A stretch of DNA of 64,000 bases from Octopus bimaculoides (lineage: Eukaryota). The stretch spans positions 105,550,059 through 105,614,058 of the forward strand of contig NC_068987.1 in NCBI RefSeq assembly GCF_001194135.2, in the 5' to 3' direction. Made by a program: the position numbers and the translations under genes. Of this stretch, positions 47,690 to 60,379 are shown piece after piece. Positions within the stretch are counted from its first letter, which is position 1. Each line of letters begins with the position of its first letter. The notes beneath the pieces are model-generated. The model saw nothing but the letters and a program-made list of their open reading frames with translations. It was not told the origin of the DNA and searched no databases.

Positions 47690-49150
47690 AAAGGAACCGG
47701 CCTCAGGTTTACTTCTATTACTTAACGTAATCATCCGATGAATTTTAATTTTCTCAAGCGAACATTAAGGTAATAGAAATGTTCTTTTCAATCAATTTGG
47801 TCCACTGCTTTTATTTCGTTCATTATAACCAAACCTACGATCATGCCAATTTTTTCTTCTGTACCAGGTATAATGAAAATTCAAAATCACTGCATGCCAG
47901 AGGTAAAGAAAATGCATTGTTTACAGAAAGATTTGCAATTGGGGAAAATGCTTTGAAGAACACCGAGTCTCTGAATGTCATTGCGCTTCTATTGAACTGG
48001 AAGTGTTGATTCATAAATATAATAACGTCAGAGAGTTGTTGGTTGAAACTGCAATAAAACATGCGCAAACAAATCGTAAATGCATAATAAAAAATATTGA
48101 GTGTTTGCATTTCCTTTGCCGACAAGGAATAGCCATGCAAGGAAATGTTGAAGAATCATCAAAATTGTATAACCTAATACGACTTTTTCATGAGAGATTT
48201 ACTTGGTAAAGTACGTACAAACAGTTTTTCAATTATTGCTGGCGAAAATATCGAAATATCCAACAAAGAACAACTTACATTATGTGTTCGTTGGATTGAC
48301 AAATGCTGGATGGCAAATGAAGAATTTCTGTTCTTTTTATTGCTTACTAGACATAATATCTTCAGCTATATTTTCTGTGTAATCATAGGTGTGTCCACAA
48401 GTATGCAACTACATTCATGTAACTGCAGAGGAGTATACTGTGACGGAGCAAGTAGATGCTAGGGAGTGGTCAAGCACTTGCAAGAACTGCAGCCAAAGGC
48501 ATTCGTAACACATTGTCATGAAAATTTTTAATGTCTGGAAGAACTACATTGCAATGTAAAACACTGCCTGACGTGATGGCCAGCAGTAAGAAGATTCTCT
48601 CTCCAGCTGTCTCCATACTAATGGTACCATATCTCACACTGGTTGGTTCATAATTTTGTTTATATCCTGTACACTAATACAATTGAAATTCCTTTCTATT
48701 TCACAGAAGCTCTTTCTTGTTTCATAGCAAAAAAATATTTAATTCGGCATGTATTGTAAAGAATTAATAAAGTGCAGTTGTAATTAGTAAAAAATATTTT
48801 TACTTTAAAAAAAATTACCGAGCAGTGATTGGGACAAAATAAGTATTCATTCAGTTGTTGATGAAAACCAAGATGAAAACAAAGAATCTTGTGTGTCGCC
48901 TCACAATGTCTATTTCCTTCTTTGTGATACATTTATACCAGTACTGGTACTCGCATGCAAACGATTTATCAAATTCACAGCAAATTGCTGGAATGTACAG
49001 AAGATGGTTGAAATTTCTATGGAAGTTTTGAATGACATAAAGAATTAATACCCATTTGATTGATCCTGAGAAAAATTGAATTGGGAATCGGGAAAGGTAT
49101 TTTGCTTCACAAATGAAAGTCATGACAAATAATAGTTACTTTCTTCAGGT
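47690..49150 (+). mobile_element. hAT transposase pseudogene (TTF zinc finger plus DUF4371-type region)
   Basis: NRKCIIKNIECLHFLCRQGIAMQG; FSIIAGENIEISNKEQLTLCVRWID; CRGVYCDGAS; ELQPKAFVTHCH; KMVEISMEVLNDI. Collinear, with multiple stops and frameshifts. Confidence 0.88.
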
Positions 49151-49393
49151 GAGCTTCAAGGTATATTCAAAGCAGGAGTCATTACTTCCTGTCATCTTAT
49201 ATTTGATATTCTACTTTATCATACATTACAAAGTTAAGTCAATGGCTTCCAAACTTCATAGTCGCATAGTAGCCACGTAGTGTGTCATGCTTGAGGTTAC
49301 AGGTCAGTTGAATGTTTAGTGTTAATTACTTTTCAATGCTTAAACCTGGATATGCTTAATCATAGACCTTAGCAAAGGTATTGATCATCTTCA

Positions 49394-49394
<1 letters not shown>

Positions 49395-49461
<67 letters not shown>

Positions 49462-49484
49462 ACATACATACATAGACAGATAGC

Positions 49485-49533
<49 letters not shown>
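49395..49533. repeat. (CTAT)n-(CATA)n-(TA)n compound microsatellite
   Basis: Seen directly. Confidence 0.97.
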
Positions 49534-49536
<3 letters not shown>

Positions 49537-49544
49537 TCTATGTC

Positions 49545-50416
49545 CAGGGTGCGATGTGTAAATTGTCGCAATTTTATATTTTTAATTTCGCACATGCACA
49601 CGATTCGTTTTTGATTTTGTCGACTACACAATATAGTAGTGTCGGTTGGGCATCGTCTGTGAAAAGGCAGCATCATGACTCAATTCACTCTGCCAGAAAT
49701 TTGGTAACGCCATCCTGTACTGCATGGCATTCGCGCCGATAGCTCCAATACGAACATTTCAGAATGTTTGGGTGTCAATCTGAGGAAAGTGCAATCTGAG
49801 GACATGTACCGAGAGTGATAAAATCCAAACTTCCAGTCAACATCATGGTGTTTGGAGTGATCACTAGTGATGGCGACGTTATGCCTCCATGCCTCTTCCC
49901 ACACGGCCTCAGACTCAACATGGAGTCCTACATCAAGTGCGTGAAGGAGGTAGTGCTGACCTGGGTCAAGAGTGTCACTGTTGGAAGACCCTATGTCTGG
50001 CAACAGGACTGTGCACTATGCTACACAAGCAGGAAAACTCAATCATGGCTGTCAGAGAATTTCTGCAACCAGGCCGCCTAACTCTCCAGACTGCAGCTCC
50101 CTTGATTATTATGTGTAGGGCGCAGTTAAACGAGAGATTAACAAAACTTCTTGTAAATCCAAAGTTGAATTGAAAGCAAGGATTATGGCAAGATTCACCA
50201 ATTTAAACAAGGGGAGAGTCCAGAAGATCTGCAGGAGATTCCTAAGTCGTCTGGAGGCCGTGGTTGAAACCAATGACGATTTTATTGAAGAAATTTGCTC
50301 TTTAGTATTTCAAGACATTTTTATGTAATTTTGTTAAATATATCCGTTAAAATCATATGTCAGTGTTATCTACAGTTTTTGCGTAATTTAGACGACAGGT
50401 TATTCACCGCACCCTG
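49545..50416 (+). mobile_element. Tc1/mariner-superfamily non-autonomous element (maT/DD37D-like), copy 2, both TIRs present
   Basis: Left CAGGGTGCGATG; right CACCGCACCCTG followed by TA. Remnants NIMVFGVITSDGDVMPP, WQQDCALCYTS and PNSPDCSSLDYYV. Confidence 0.92.
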
Positions 50417-50614
50417 TAGTATGAATGTGTGTGCCCGTGTGTGTATGAGTGTGGCTGACGAAGTGCGTGTGTATATGTGTGTGACGGTCTGAAGAAGACG
50501 AGCAAGTTACTGTCATGTTTGCCGTTGTAAAAGATTAGAAAAGCGTGTGCCTACAGTTTAATGTTAAATAATGTCAAATTGGTTTTATATATAATTTGAT
50601 ACAAAATCAAACAT

Positions 50615-50652
<38 letters not shown>

Positions 50653-50653
<1 letters not shown>

Positions 50654-50820
50654 ATTTATTATTAAACCTGCAAAACATCACAAAAATATCACAAAAAAAT
50701 ACTACTCACAGTCTCATGTTCCCGTTGGACGGAGAGTTTAGATTGACTGTTCGACGAACGGGAACGTGAAACTCAAGAGTAGCGGTTTTTTATCATCTTT
50801 TTGCAACTTTAATAAATAAT
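50653..50820. mobile_element. Small fold-back MITE-like element
   Basis: TCATGTTCCCGTTGGACG (50714-50731) pairs with CGACGAACGGGAACGTGA (50752-50769); outer arms TTATTAAA..TGCAAAA are also inverted. Confidence 0.65.
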
Positions 50821-51253
50821 AAGGCGATTTAGACCTCGCGTAGAAGGCCTTATTGAAGCTGAAGGAGACTTTATTGAATAGAATGATGACAAAACAATGT
50901 TTATTTTTATCCTCAAAACCTTTTTCAGTAAAAAGACATTATTGTCTGTTTCTAAGAGTCATGTTTAAGTATATAACTGTCCTCAAATACCTTATGTACG
51001 TTGTATATANNNNNNNNNNNNNNNNNNNNNNNNNNNNNNNNNNNNNNNNNNNNNNNNNNNNNNNNNNNNNNNNNNNNNNNNNNNNNNNNNNNNNNNNNNN
51101 NNNNNNNNNNNNNNNNNNNNNNNNNNNNNNNNNNNNNNNNNNNNNTATATATATATATATATGATAAATAACAATATATAATGTATATATATATATATAT
51201 ACACACACACTGACACAGACACACACATGTATGTATGTATGTATGGATGTATG

Positions 51254-51285
<32 letters not shown>

Positions 51286-52829
51286 TCTCCACCATATACA
51301 TGCATGCATCCATGCACACACACACACATACACACTCGCACACCTTCAAATATATATACATATATTTCATATAATATATATATATGTATTATATGCACGT
51401 ACGCGTGTATTTGATGAAACGGTGTCTGTTAGTTCTACCGGTTTGTGCACTGAAACTCCGTGCCTAGCTGCCGACAATAACTTTCGCTTCAACTACACAA
51501 TCACACACAGGTATACTCACTGTTTCTTCATTTCTATATCTATTTGCTGTATGACTCTCCTTTGTTGTTTTTATTTTTTTGTCAATTCTTTGTTTTAGTG
51601 TGTGACTTCATCTAAGCCTCCAGCTGTTTGTTTTTATATTCAGTTTTAGTTGACGCTAATAGTTTCGGTGTTTCTAGCGCATTTCTTCCCATCTGGCTGC
51701 CGATCTGGCTTTATTTGTCTATCTATGACCAATCGTTTGCTTTTTCCATCCCTCGCAATTTCCCACTTAAACTTCTCTTCTGGACATCTACATCTGGTAG
51801 TATCTTTAATGAGACATTTATTACATACAGAATGTAAAAGATTTGTTTATATATTATACTACCATATAACACCTGTTAATTTAATGTTCGTTTCTTATTT
51901 CACTACTTTATTAGATTTTACGGCATTATTAAATTTGGCTTAGCTGTATACATAATTTTGCAACAGAAATAGCATAGATAATCGTAAAAATTCTAATCGA
52001 CGCTGTATTTCCAATAATTTTCGCGCCTAATTCACGTGATTGCGGGAATTGTTTATTAAATAATTTTTGCCGTTCCAAATCAATAGATTCTCGTATAAAA
52101 GCATTTACAGCTCATAATTCAGTGTTCAAAGATTACTCTTAGGTTAACTGGAAATAATTTAAAACCAGATTTAATCAGCATCTATAATCTTTCAAAATCT
52201 CGAAAATACTTTAAACAAAAATGTATGAAAAGCCAAATTATCTTTCAAAATTAACTACGTTCATACTTACAAGATTGTTTTGAATATATGTCGTGTGGAA
52301 TTTTAACAAAAACTAAGATTTTTGTCATGGCATTTGTCTCCATAGGAAACTGAATATACTGTTTGTAAAGGTTCTTTCGTGAGGCGATCGGATTTATGTC
52401 TTTTTGCCCTCAAAAATCCAAAGTATTTGCTAAAATTGATTTACCTAGTCAGATAATCATCTCAAAAATATTTCTTTAAATAACTTGAATAATTAAAAAA
52501 AAACTTTTTGCCCCGTTATATCTCAATAAGACAATCTTGCAGAAGAATGATTCTCTGAAATGCAAACATTTCGAGTGCATAAAATAATTTTGTATTGTAA
52601 ATGTGCTTATTTTTGTAGTTCATATACAAACAAAATTCCCCGTTGTTTTAAAAACAATGCATACATGTATGTATACATATCTGTGTGTGTGTGTATTTCT
52701 ATCTGCATATGTATGTATCTAAGGATTTGTATATATATATATTTATATATATATATATATGTATATATTCACCTTGAAGGAGTGATCAAGCCGCAAGTAA
52801 ACTCATCTAGAGACAAAAGAGAAGTTGCA

Positions 52830-53500
52830 GAACTGTATAAACAGATAAGCATAAAAAAAACAAAAAAAACAAAACGACAGAACATAGAAATACTGTACGT
52901 GAACATCATAGAATGAACAATTCCATAAGGGAAATGATTTAAATAAACTAAAATGGGAAATGTTAACAAAAGGAAAGCCATAATGTTACTATTAAAGAAG
53001 ATGGCACCATCAGGGAATGCAGAAATAGGATTATTAAAAGAACAATGGAGTTCTACAAAAGATATGCTTAAGTGAAAGAAACAAGAGACCTTACAGAAGA
53101 CATATCATTGAGGCTACAACAGAATTATATTCTAGAAATTATGCGAGTTGAGAAACATAGCCAAACAAATGTATGTAGAGAGTTAAATTCCAGAAGACAC
53201 TATAAAACTCGCTATCTTAAAATATTCAAAAGAAGCTATATTAAAGTAAATTCCCAAATTCTTTACTGATTGATTCAAGAAAAGTGGAATTCGCAGACGT
53301 TAGAATAATTCAGTAATCTTTATATTGTACAAAAACAAGGAGAGAGAAGAACTAACAAACTAGTTTAGTTTATAAATGCCATATGCAAAGTTTTAACAAG
53401 GATCATGACGATCAAAATTCTCCAAAAAGTGGACAAAAAACAGCCACATGAATAAATGAATTTCGAAGCAGGATTTTCTATCATCGATCACCTAAACGCT
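52830..53500 (+). mobile_element. RTE-clade LINE, linker and N-terminal RT fragment
   Basis: KEDGTIRECRNRIIKRTMEFYK, SVIFILYKNK, AICKVLTRIM, QKVDKKQPHE and FRSRIFYHRSP / FSIIDHLN (GFRxGFSTIDH motif). Confidence 0.75.
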
Positions 53501-53654
53501 AGCAAATGGAACCCTCCCCAGCAAATTGAAAAACCTGCTAATTGAAAAAACCCATTAAATTGAGAATCAACTTATCGAAAAATCTCCAGAATAACACAAC
53601 CTAACCAGCATAACCTTTAATGATCACCAACAAGTCTTATTCTCTGTAGAAATT

Positions 53655-53730
53655 CCAACCGTGAATCGGGTGGTGCGTTGTGTTCTTGAACAAAACACTT
53701 CGTCTCACGTTGCTCTGTGATAACTCCGAC
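53655..53730 (+). mobile_element. SINE family E fragment
   Basis: GTTGTGTTCTTGAACAAAACACTT...CACGTTGCTCT core. Confidence 0.55.
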
Positions 53731-54039
53731 GCTTGGGGGGGGGGGAGTGAGATATTGTACAGCACAAACATTTGATCACTATCAACAAATCATTTGTGCT
53801 GGTTGTTCAGCAAGAAATTGCAGAACAGTCTTTCCCGGACTACGAAATATATTTCTTTGGACAAACTATTTTAATCTTACTAATGCAAAAAAGAGCCATT
53901 TTCACTTTTCCTATAAATTATTGTCGTTATCTCTAACAAAACAATAATATCTTTCGTTATTTGTTATTACCAGTTTAGATCTTAGTTTGTATAAATTGAT
54001 ACTCTATACAAGCATACAGATTTAAAGATTTAATCTTTA

Positions 54040-54620
54040 AATCATTCTGGATGTTTTTTTGCAAAGATTATGCCGTCACATATGTTATATGTGATGATGT
54101 TAGATTTTGTAATAACCTTACTTTCAGAACAAGACATGAGTGTGCCGTAGTGTGGGCGCCATTTTCTAATTCATGACTACTCCGCTCTTTCAGAAGTAGA
54201 AATTGCCTTGTAGGCACAGAAAAGAAACCTTGGTTGTACAAGTCTGCAGAAGTGTAAGGATGTTTCTCAATATAGAGCAATATACTTGTAGAAAATGGAG
54301 ATAATTTGTCTCATATTATATCAATAGCTTTTATTATAGGAACATTGATAAAAAGGATTTAGACCTTAATTGAAATTATGCCGATTCTTTTCAGTTTCTT
54401 ATAAACTTTCTATGAATTCATCCTATGAGCAGATCCTGTAGCTCTCTTGTGTATATTGCTGCCTTGTTGATTAGAAAGTCTGTGATTTGATGTGTTGATC
54501 TGTGCGATTATAGGTCGGACGGTGTTATACTGTTTGTTAGTCTTTAAAGTGCCGTAGATATACTGGGTATAAGATCTCAGATATAGTAAAACAGGAAACA
54601 TATCCTATTTATGCATTTGC
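54040..54620 (-). mobile_element. Penelope-like reverse transcriptase fragment
   Basis: YIYGTLKTNKQYNTVRPIIAQINT (YGxxKxHK..PxRPI motif) and INVPIIKAIDII (SLFTNVP motif); decayed. Confidence 0.75.
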
Positions 54621-55974
54621 AACTGTAATTAATTTATTGAATTTAATTTTTAGTTGTTCAGTGTCATCTTTCTTAATGTTGGCAAATTTACGAACACATT
54701 ATATATTGTTGAGCTTTATAATTATTCATCTTTATTTAAAATAACAAACATATTGCTCTTATTGGTGTTAGAATTTCGTTGCTTTTCAGATTATGAAGAA
54801 CTAGTTTAAATTAGCATTTATTTGTGGCTGTGTTTGTCTCTTTGTTTATTGCTTTTGCACTTGAATAAATGTCGTAGTTTGTTATCAATTTTTATTATAT
54901 TTAATAATAACAATTTAAAGTTTAGTTTTTAGTTGCGTAGTGTTGTCTTTCGTAATTTTGACGAATTAGCTGTTGCCATACAGTAAATTTCTGATATTTG
55001 TAATGTGTTTGTCTATGTTCACAACAACAGATACATTGTTCTTATCGCTTTGGCATATTACACTTTTATATTTGTTTTTCAGATGATGTAGAGCTAGTTC
55101 AAGATTTTTGTTAAGCACGTTTAAGCATTATATCTTAGTTTATTGTCTTTACACTTGAATAAGTGTTGCAGTTTGTCGCCAATTTTTATTACATTTTGAA
55201 AGTCGAACTCAAATTACATTATAAGTCTCGAGAGACTGATAAAGGAATTCGAGATAAACTTTTTTCTCTTTCTGTTTTGCTCGTGTTTGCAACAAGGAAC
55301 CATTATAGAATATTAGAATACAGGAGAGGAAACAAAACTAGACAGAAAAAAATATTAGTTGATAACAATAACACATTATATAGAATTCCACCAAAAACTA
55401 GATTAACTATGACAGTTTTATTAATAGCTACATACATAAATACATACATACATACATACATACATAGACACACACGCGCACATATTTTTATATGGGCAAA
55501 CAAATGCGTCACGTAAATTAAATGAGGCAAGGGAACAAGAGTTAATGTTAAACAATTACAAATTTGGAAGATGGTGATATTATCCTTTACAACATCTGTT
55601 TCGTGATCCCTTGCTGCCTACTAGAAAGCATCGTCACAGTTAGCTACTGTTCAGAACATGAGGTTAAAAAAACTTTGGACAACTAATAGACATTGAAATA
55701 CTATCGTTTAAAATGAAACATAATGTGATAATAAGGTGATATGAAAATCTTTAATCAAAAGCATTAAATGCTAACGTGGTTCGCCTTCAATATAATATAG
55801 TCGAAAGTAAAGCAATTTCCCCCACATGCATATATATATAATCGATAAAATTAGAGTCAACAAGACAAATTACAGTTGGACATTTATTTTCAATCACTAC
55901 AATTGTTTCTACGCAACGTAGTTCTCCAGGCGTGCAGATATTTGATTATGCAACCGTTTGCTTGCATATATATA

Positions 55975-56010
<36 letters not shown>

Positions 56011-56099
56011 TGTGTGTATGTGTGTATTTCAAAATAGTGATTGCTTCATCTCCACAGATGATTGCCGCCTCCTTGTGTTTTTTCGTTCGTTGTCGATGG

Positions 56100-56600
56100 C
56101 ATTTATAATGTTTTGTCAGTGACATTTCAAATGATTATTCAGCCCACTTGTAGATCCGCATGGTGTATATCATAGGTGAAAGACGAACGTTGTAACTTAC
56201 TGTGCTCTGCCAACTGGTTAAGTCTACATACGTCGCTACTCTTTCATCACCATAAGACTTTCAGTAGATGGAATGACAAATGAGGCAACCGTTAAGAGAC
56301 AACTCTAGCGTTACTGGGTTATAGTGATAAACACTTGCACCACATGCGTATCACCCTCTGAGTGTTCGAGATTAGTACTGAGTAATAGGTCAAAGTGAGG
56401 TGTCCAGTAATCCTGTGAAACTGTAGATTTTACAGCAAAGTGCCCCATTTCTAGAACGATGATGTGACAACAGCTAGGGGTCTTTCACTTCCAGTGGTTA
56501 TAAAGCGTACCCTGACACCAACCAAGAATATTTCTGTGATCTTGCGCTCAGATGGATTGTCATCACATATGCTAATTAACACATAGCTGGGACACTGACA
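56100..56600 (-). mobile_element. Possible RTE 3' end relic
   Basis: PCGSTSGLNNHLKCH* resembles the terminal C2H2 motif of RTE elements. Confidence 0.3.
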
Positions 56601-56743
56601 GGTGCTAGGCTGAGAGTAGACCTAGGGAGAATTACCGGTTAAGAGCTAGTTCTGTATTCGTCAAAACTCGGAAACCCTCGAACCACAGCCCCGCTATCCG
56701 ATGTAGTTTAATATCACACCCAGGACATATATTTCAATATACA

Positions 56744-56825
<82 letters not shown>

Positions 56826-56856
56826 GCTAGCTAGCTAGCTAGCTAGCTAGCTAGCT
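56744..56856. repeat. (ATCT)n switching to (AGCT)n
   Basis: Seen directly. Confidence 0.97.
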
Positions 56857-57271
56857 ATACTAATACTTATAAATATATGTTTGTTTGTCTGTGTGTGTGT
56901 GTCTGATTGCATACTCTCACAAAGGTGAGACAGTGTGTCAATAATTATCAACAATACACATACCTTTCTTGCAATAGTAGTAAGAACATTAGCTGTTTGC
57001 ACAACACTAGTTGTAATCTTCCTCTTGTTAGGTTTTCCTGGTTTGAACTAGAAATACTAAGTTATCCTCATTATTACTTCTATGGTAGCAGCTCTGGTTT
57101 GCACATACTCCAAAGAAGAACAGAATTCAGTGATTTCCTTTCATAATTTAAGAAAAGAAAACGATTCTTAAATGAATAAACTTCTTAGATTCATTAATCC
57201 ATAATTTATTAACAGTCTTATACTTTAGAATATATTCGCGAGCATTTTTTTTCTGTTTATATTTTCTTAAG

Positions 57272-57660
57272 GTGGAGGCGCAATGGCCCAGTGGTTACGG
57301 CAACGGACTCGCAGTCATAGGATCGTGGTTTCGATTCCCAGACCGGGCGTTGTGAGTGTTTATTGGGTGAAAACACCTAAAGCTCTATGAGGCTCCAGCA
57401 GGGGATGGTGGCGAACCCTACTGTACTCTTCCACCACAACTTTCCCTCACTCTTACTTCCTCTTTCTGTTGTGCCTGTAATTCAAAGGGTCAGCCTTGTC
57501 ACACTCTGTGTCACGCTGAATATCCCCGAGAACTACGTTAAAGGTACACGTGTCTGTGGAGTGCTCAGCCACTTGCACGTTAATTTCACGAGCAGGCTGT
57601 TCCGTTGATCGGATCAACTGGAACCCTCGACGTCGTAAGCGACGGAGTGCCAACAACAAC
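57272..57660 (+). mobile_element. tRNA-derived SINE family D, full length with 13-bp TSD
   Basis: A and B boxes, (CAA)n tail, and TSD ATATTTTCTTAAG at 57259-57271 and 57661-57673. Confidence 0.95.
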
Positions 57661-58339
57661 ATATTTTCTTAAGACAATACTTTCAGCTGAAAGATGTGCC
57701 ACCTAAACACCTTATTCTCCTACTTAGCTGAAAATCTTCGATAGATTTGGCCCCCGATATACTTTCAGCTCAGAGAAGAAACCGAATCCCAGAACGCCGT
57801 TTTTTCCTAGCGTAGTCTGAAAAGCGGGAAGGTCAGAATTAGCATGATAACAATACCCACATAAATTCCTATTGAATTACTTATTGTTTTCTTCTGTTTA
57901 TGTCATGAAGATTTGACAATTTAATAATATAATAGGATTAACACGTCTTGCTAATGGTAAAATTGTTGCTATCATTTTTATTATATTACCACATAATACA
58001 CTTATATTCATTATCATTTTAATTAAAAAACATACAATGTTTTTATAATATTCAATTATTGATATCTTTAAAAAAACATTTAGATTTTCGCAAAGTCTAA
58101 AGTGTTTGGTTTACTTTTCTCTGTTGACAACTAAGTGGAATATATTTTTATAAATCATGAATTACAAAAATTTAATGAGTAATTATTTTAAATTAGTATC
58201 ACTAATTGTTTTCCTCTTAATGGTTTAAGATAAAGTCCTTTATTGATTTAATATTCTTATGGATATATAAACATAATTAATTTATGAAATATAATTTGTT
58301 AAATATGATATTTAACATAATTTTCCTTGACGTTATTTA

Positions 58340-58700
58340 ATAATAAGAAAAATGGTTTCAAATTTTGGCACAATGCCAACAAATTTAGCGGGGAGGAGTG
58401 AGTTGATTACATCGACCTTAGAACTTGAGTAATACTTATGATATAGGCCCCGAAAGAGTGAAAAGCAAAGTTGACCTCGGCTGGATTTGAATTGCGAACG
58501 CAAGAGTCGAAAAAATGTCAGAAAATGTCTTTTCCGATGCCCCATCGATTCTGAATCACCGCCAATTAGAAAGCCGTTTCGGATTTAGGTACAATACCAG
58601 CAATTTTTAAGGAGAAGGGTTAATCAATCATATTCACACCCGGTACTAGACTGATGCTGTATTTCAAGGACCCGGGAAAGACGAAAGGCAAACGTAGTTA
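58340..58700 (-). mobile_element. Two tandem degenerate SINE family A copies
   Basis: GGTTTCAAATTTTGGCACAA...GTTGATTACATCGAC...AAAGTTGACCTCGGC, followed by a second partial unit. Confidence 0.75.
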
Positions 58701-59330
58701 GCAATAACTTCATCTGAATACTTGTGCCCCAGGATTTGAAATAGCGAAATAGAAAGGTGGCCATTGAGGTCATTAGAAGGAACATTGACTTGTGGCTGGT
58801 TATGGTCTGTGTCGTGCGGTATGGGTAATTAGTGGAGGGGTATCGAAAGGTGACGTGTGGTGGTGGGAGGTCAAGATCATTCTGGAGCTTCGCCAGGTTG
58901 AGGATACAGAAAGAAATGGCATGAAACCGATGCTGATAAGCAATAGAACTAGTTGTACATGTAGTAGTAAGAGCGACTACAGGACTGTTTGTAAAGGAAA
59001 ACTGGAAAAGTCGGAAAAGGAAGTGAGGAGAGGAAAACAGCAGAAAGCAACCGAGGCAGCAGCAAAGCAGAATGCTTCAGTTTGCAGAGCATCGTCAATT
59101 ACAGCTGCAGAAGTGCCTGCAGAGGTCATCTCCCGTCCTGAAAACAAGTGCTCCATCCTGAAAATACGTGAGCAGTCACCCTATCCCCTAAATAAAATAA
59201 TCCACAGCACTGCTCCATCGACTTGTGATGAGTGGGCGAAGGTGTTTGCATAGTAAAGTTACAAAACTCTCGTGCGGGGTTTGGTGAAACGCAAAAGGGA
59301 AGAAAGAGAAAGGAGACCCCGTATATAGGA
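58700..59330 (+). mobile_element. RTE-like LINE fragments
   Basis: GGVSKGDVWWW resembles the RTE-linker WWW motif; VCIVKLQNSRAGF loosely resembles the terminal CxSRxGL motif. Confidence 0.45.
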
Positions 59331-59849
59331 GTGAACACCAAAGAAAACAATAAAAATACTCGAGCAAGAGCACCCTACTTGAAACAACAGGGATTGCTTT
59401 TTCTCAGAAGTACAATGATGTTTCACTTCAGAAGAATAACTGAGACAATGTTGAGACGGATGCCAAATTGAAATTCACCGTCTTTCGAAAACTGGATCAA
59501 GACGTGCGAGACTGAATCACATTAATGGTGCAAGAAGTATTGCGTGGATATAGAGACTAGAGAGATGTAGTTCGGGCAGGAATACAGAAGACACACGAAG
59601 GACATAATGTCGGTAAAAACAATAGTAAAAGGTTTTAAAACGTTAATGGACATTAATGGAACATTATGTAGGCGAGAAACTAAAATAATAATGCAGTAAT
59701 TTGTTTTATAAATTTTAAATTTGTCTCAAATTTAATTATATAACGTCTTTCACTCAATCTCACCTTATATATATATATATTGTTTACCCCAGCACCACAT
59801 ATTTCTAAATTTCCTATTCAACGTACGTTGTATTTCATGGTGTAACTTC

Positions 59850-60025
59850 GTGTCTTTTATTCAGTTACTTTACATTTTGAGCTTAAATCCCATCGAGGTC
59901 AAATTTGCCTTTCATCGCAGCGGGCCGATAAAATAAAGTACCATTCGTGTACCGGGGTTAAAGATGTCGACTAATACCCTCCCTTAAAATGTGTTCTCTT
60001 TGTTCCCAGATCAGAAACTATTATT
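59850..60025 (+). mobile_element. SINE family A, degenerate
   Basis: GAGGTCAAATTTGCCTTTCATC...GATAAAATAAAGTACCA. Confidence 0.7.
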
Positions 60026-60379
60026 GTTATTGTTGTTGTTTTGCTGTTGTCGTTATTGTTGCTGTTATTATAATTAATGTCAAGCAAAGAAGCTCACAAA
60101 ATCCCCAGCAGCAGCAAATCATGCATTGCTTCTCCGAGCCCCATAAAAAGCAATAATGGTAGCGGTAATTAGGATACTAAAAACAGCAGCGGCTGTAAAA
60201 AGACAGCAACAAAATATTTCTTTTGCCGAGAGCACAAGACCTTTTGATTTCATCTCACTAAACAATAAGTATGAACATTTCAAACAAGCTGAGAAACACA
60301 CTAACAAGCTAGAACAGAGAAAAGTTATGCTCAATATTCATCAATCTTTTTTACCAAGTAGAAAAGGAAACACTTCTGT

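Noticed and set aside
51628-51943. Hydrophobic ORFs as membrane-protein exons
   Set aside because: Hydrophobicity follows from T-richness; no homology recognised.
58792-59253. 153-aa ORF as a host gene
   Set aside because: Its start overlaps an RTE-linker remnant (VWWW), it is flanked by SINEs, and no domain is recognised.
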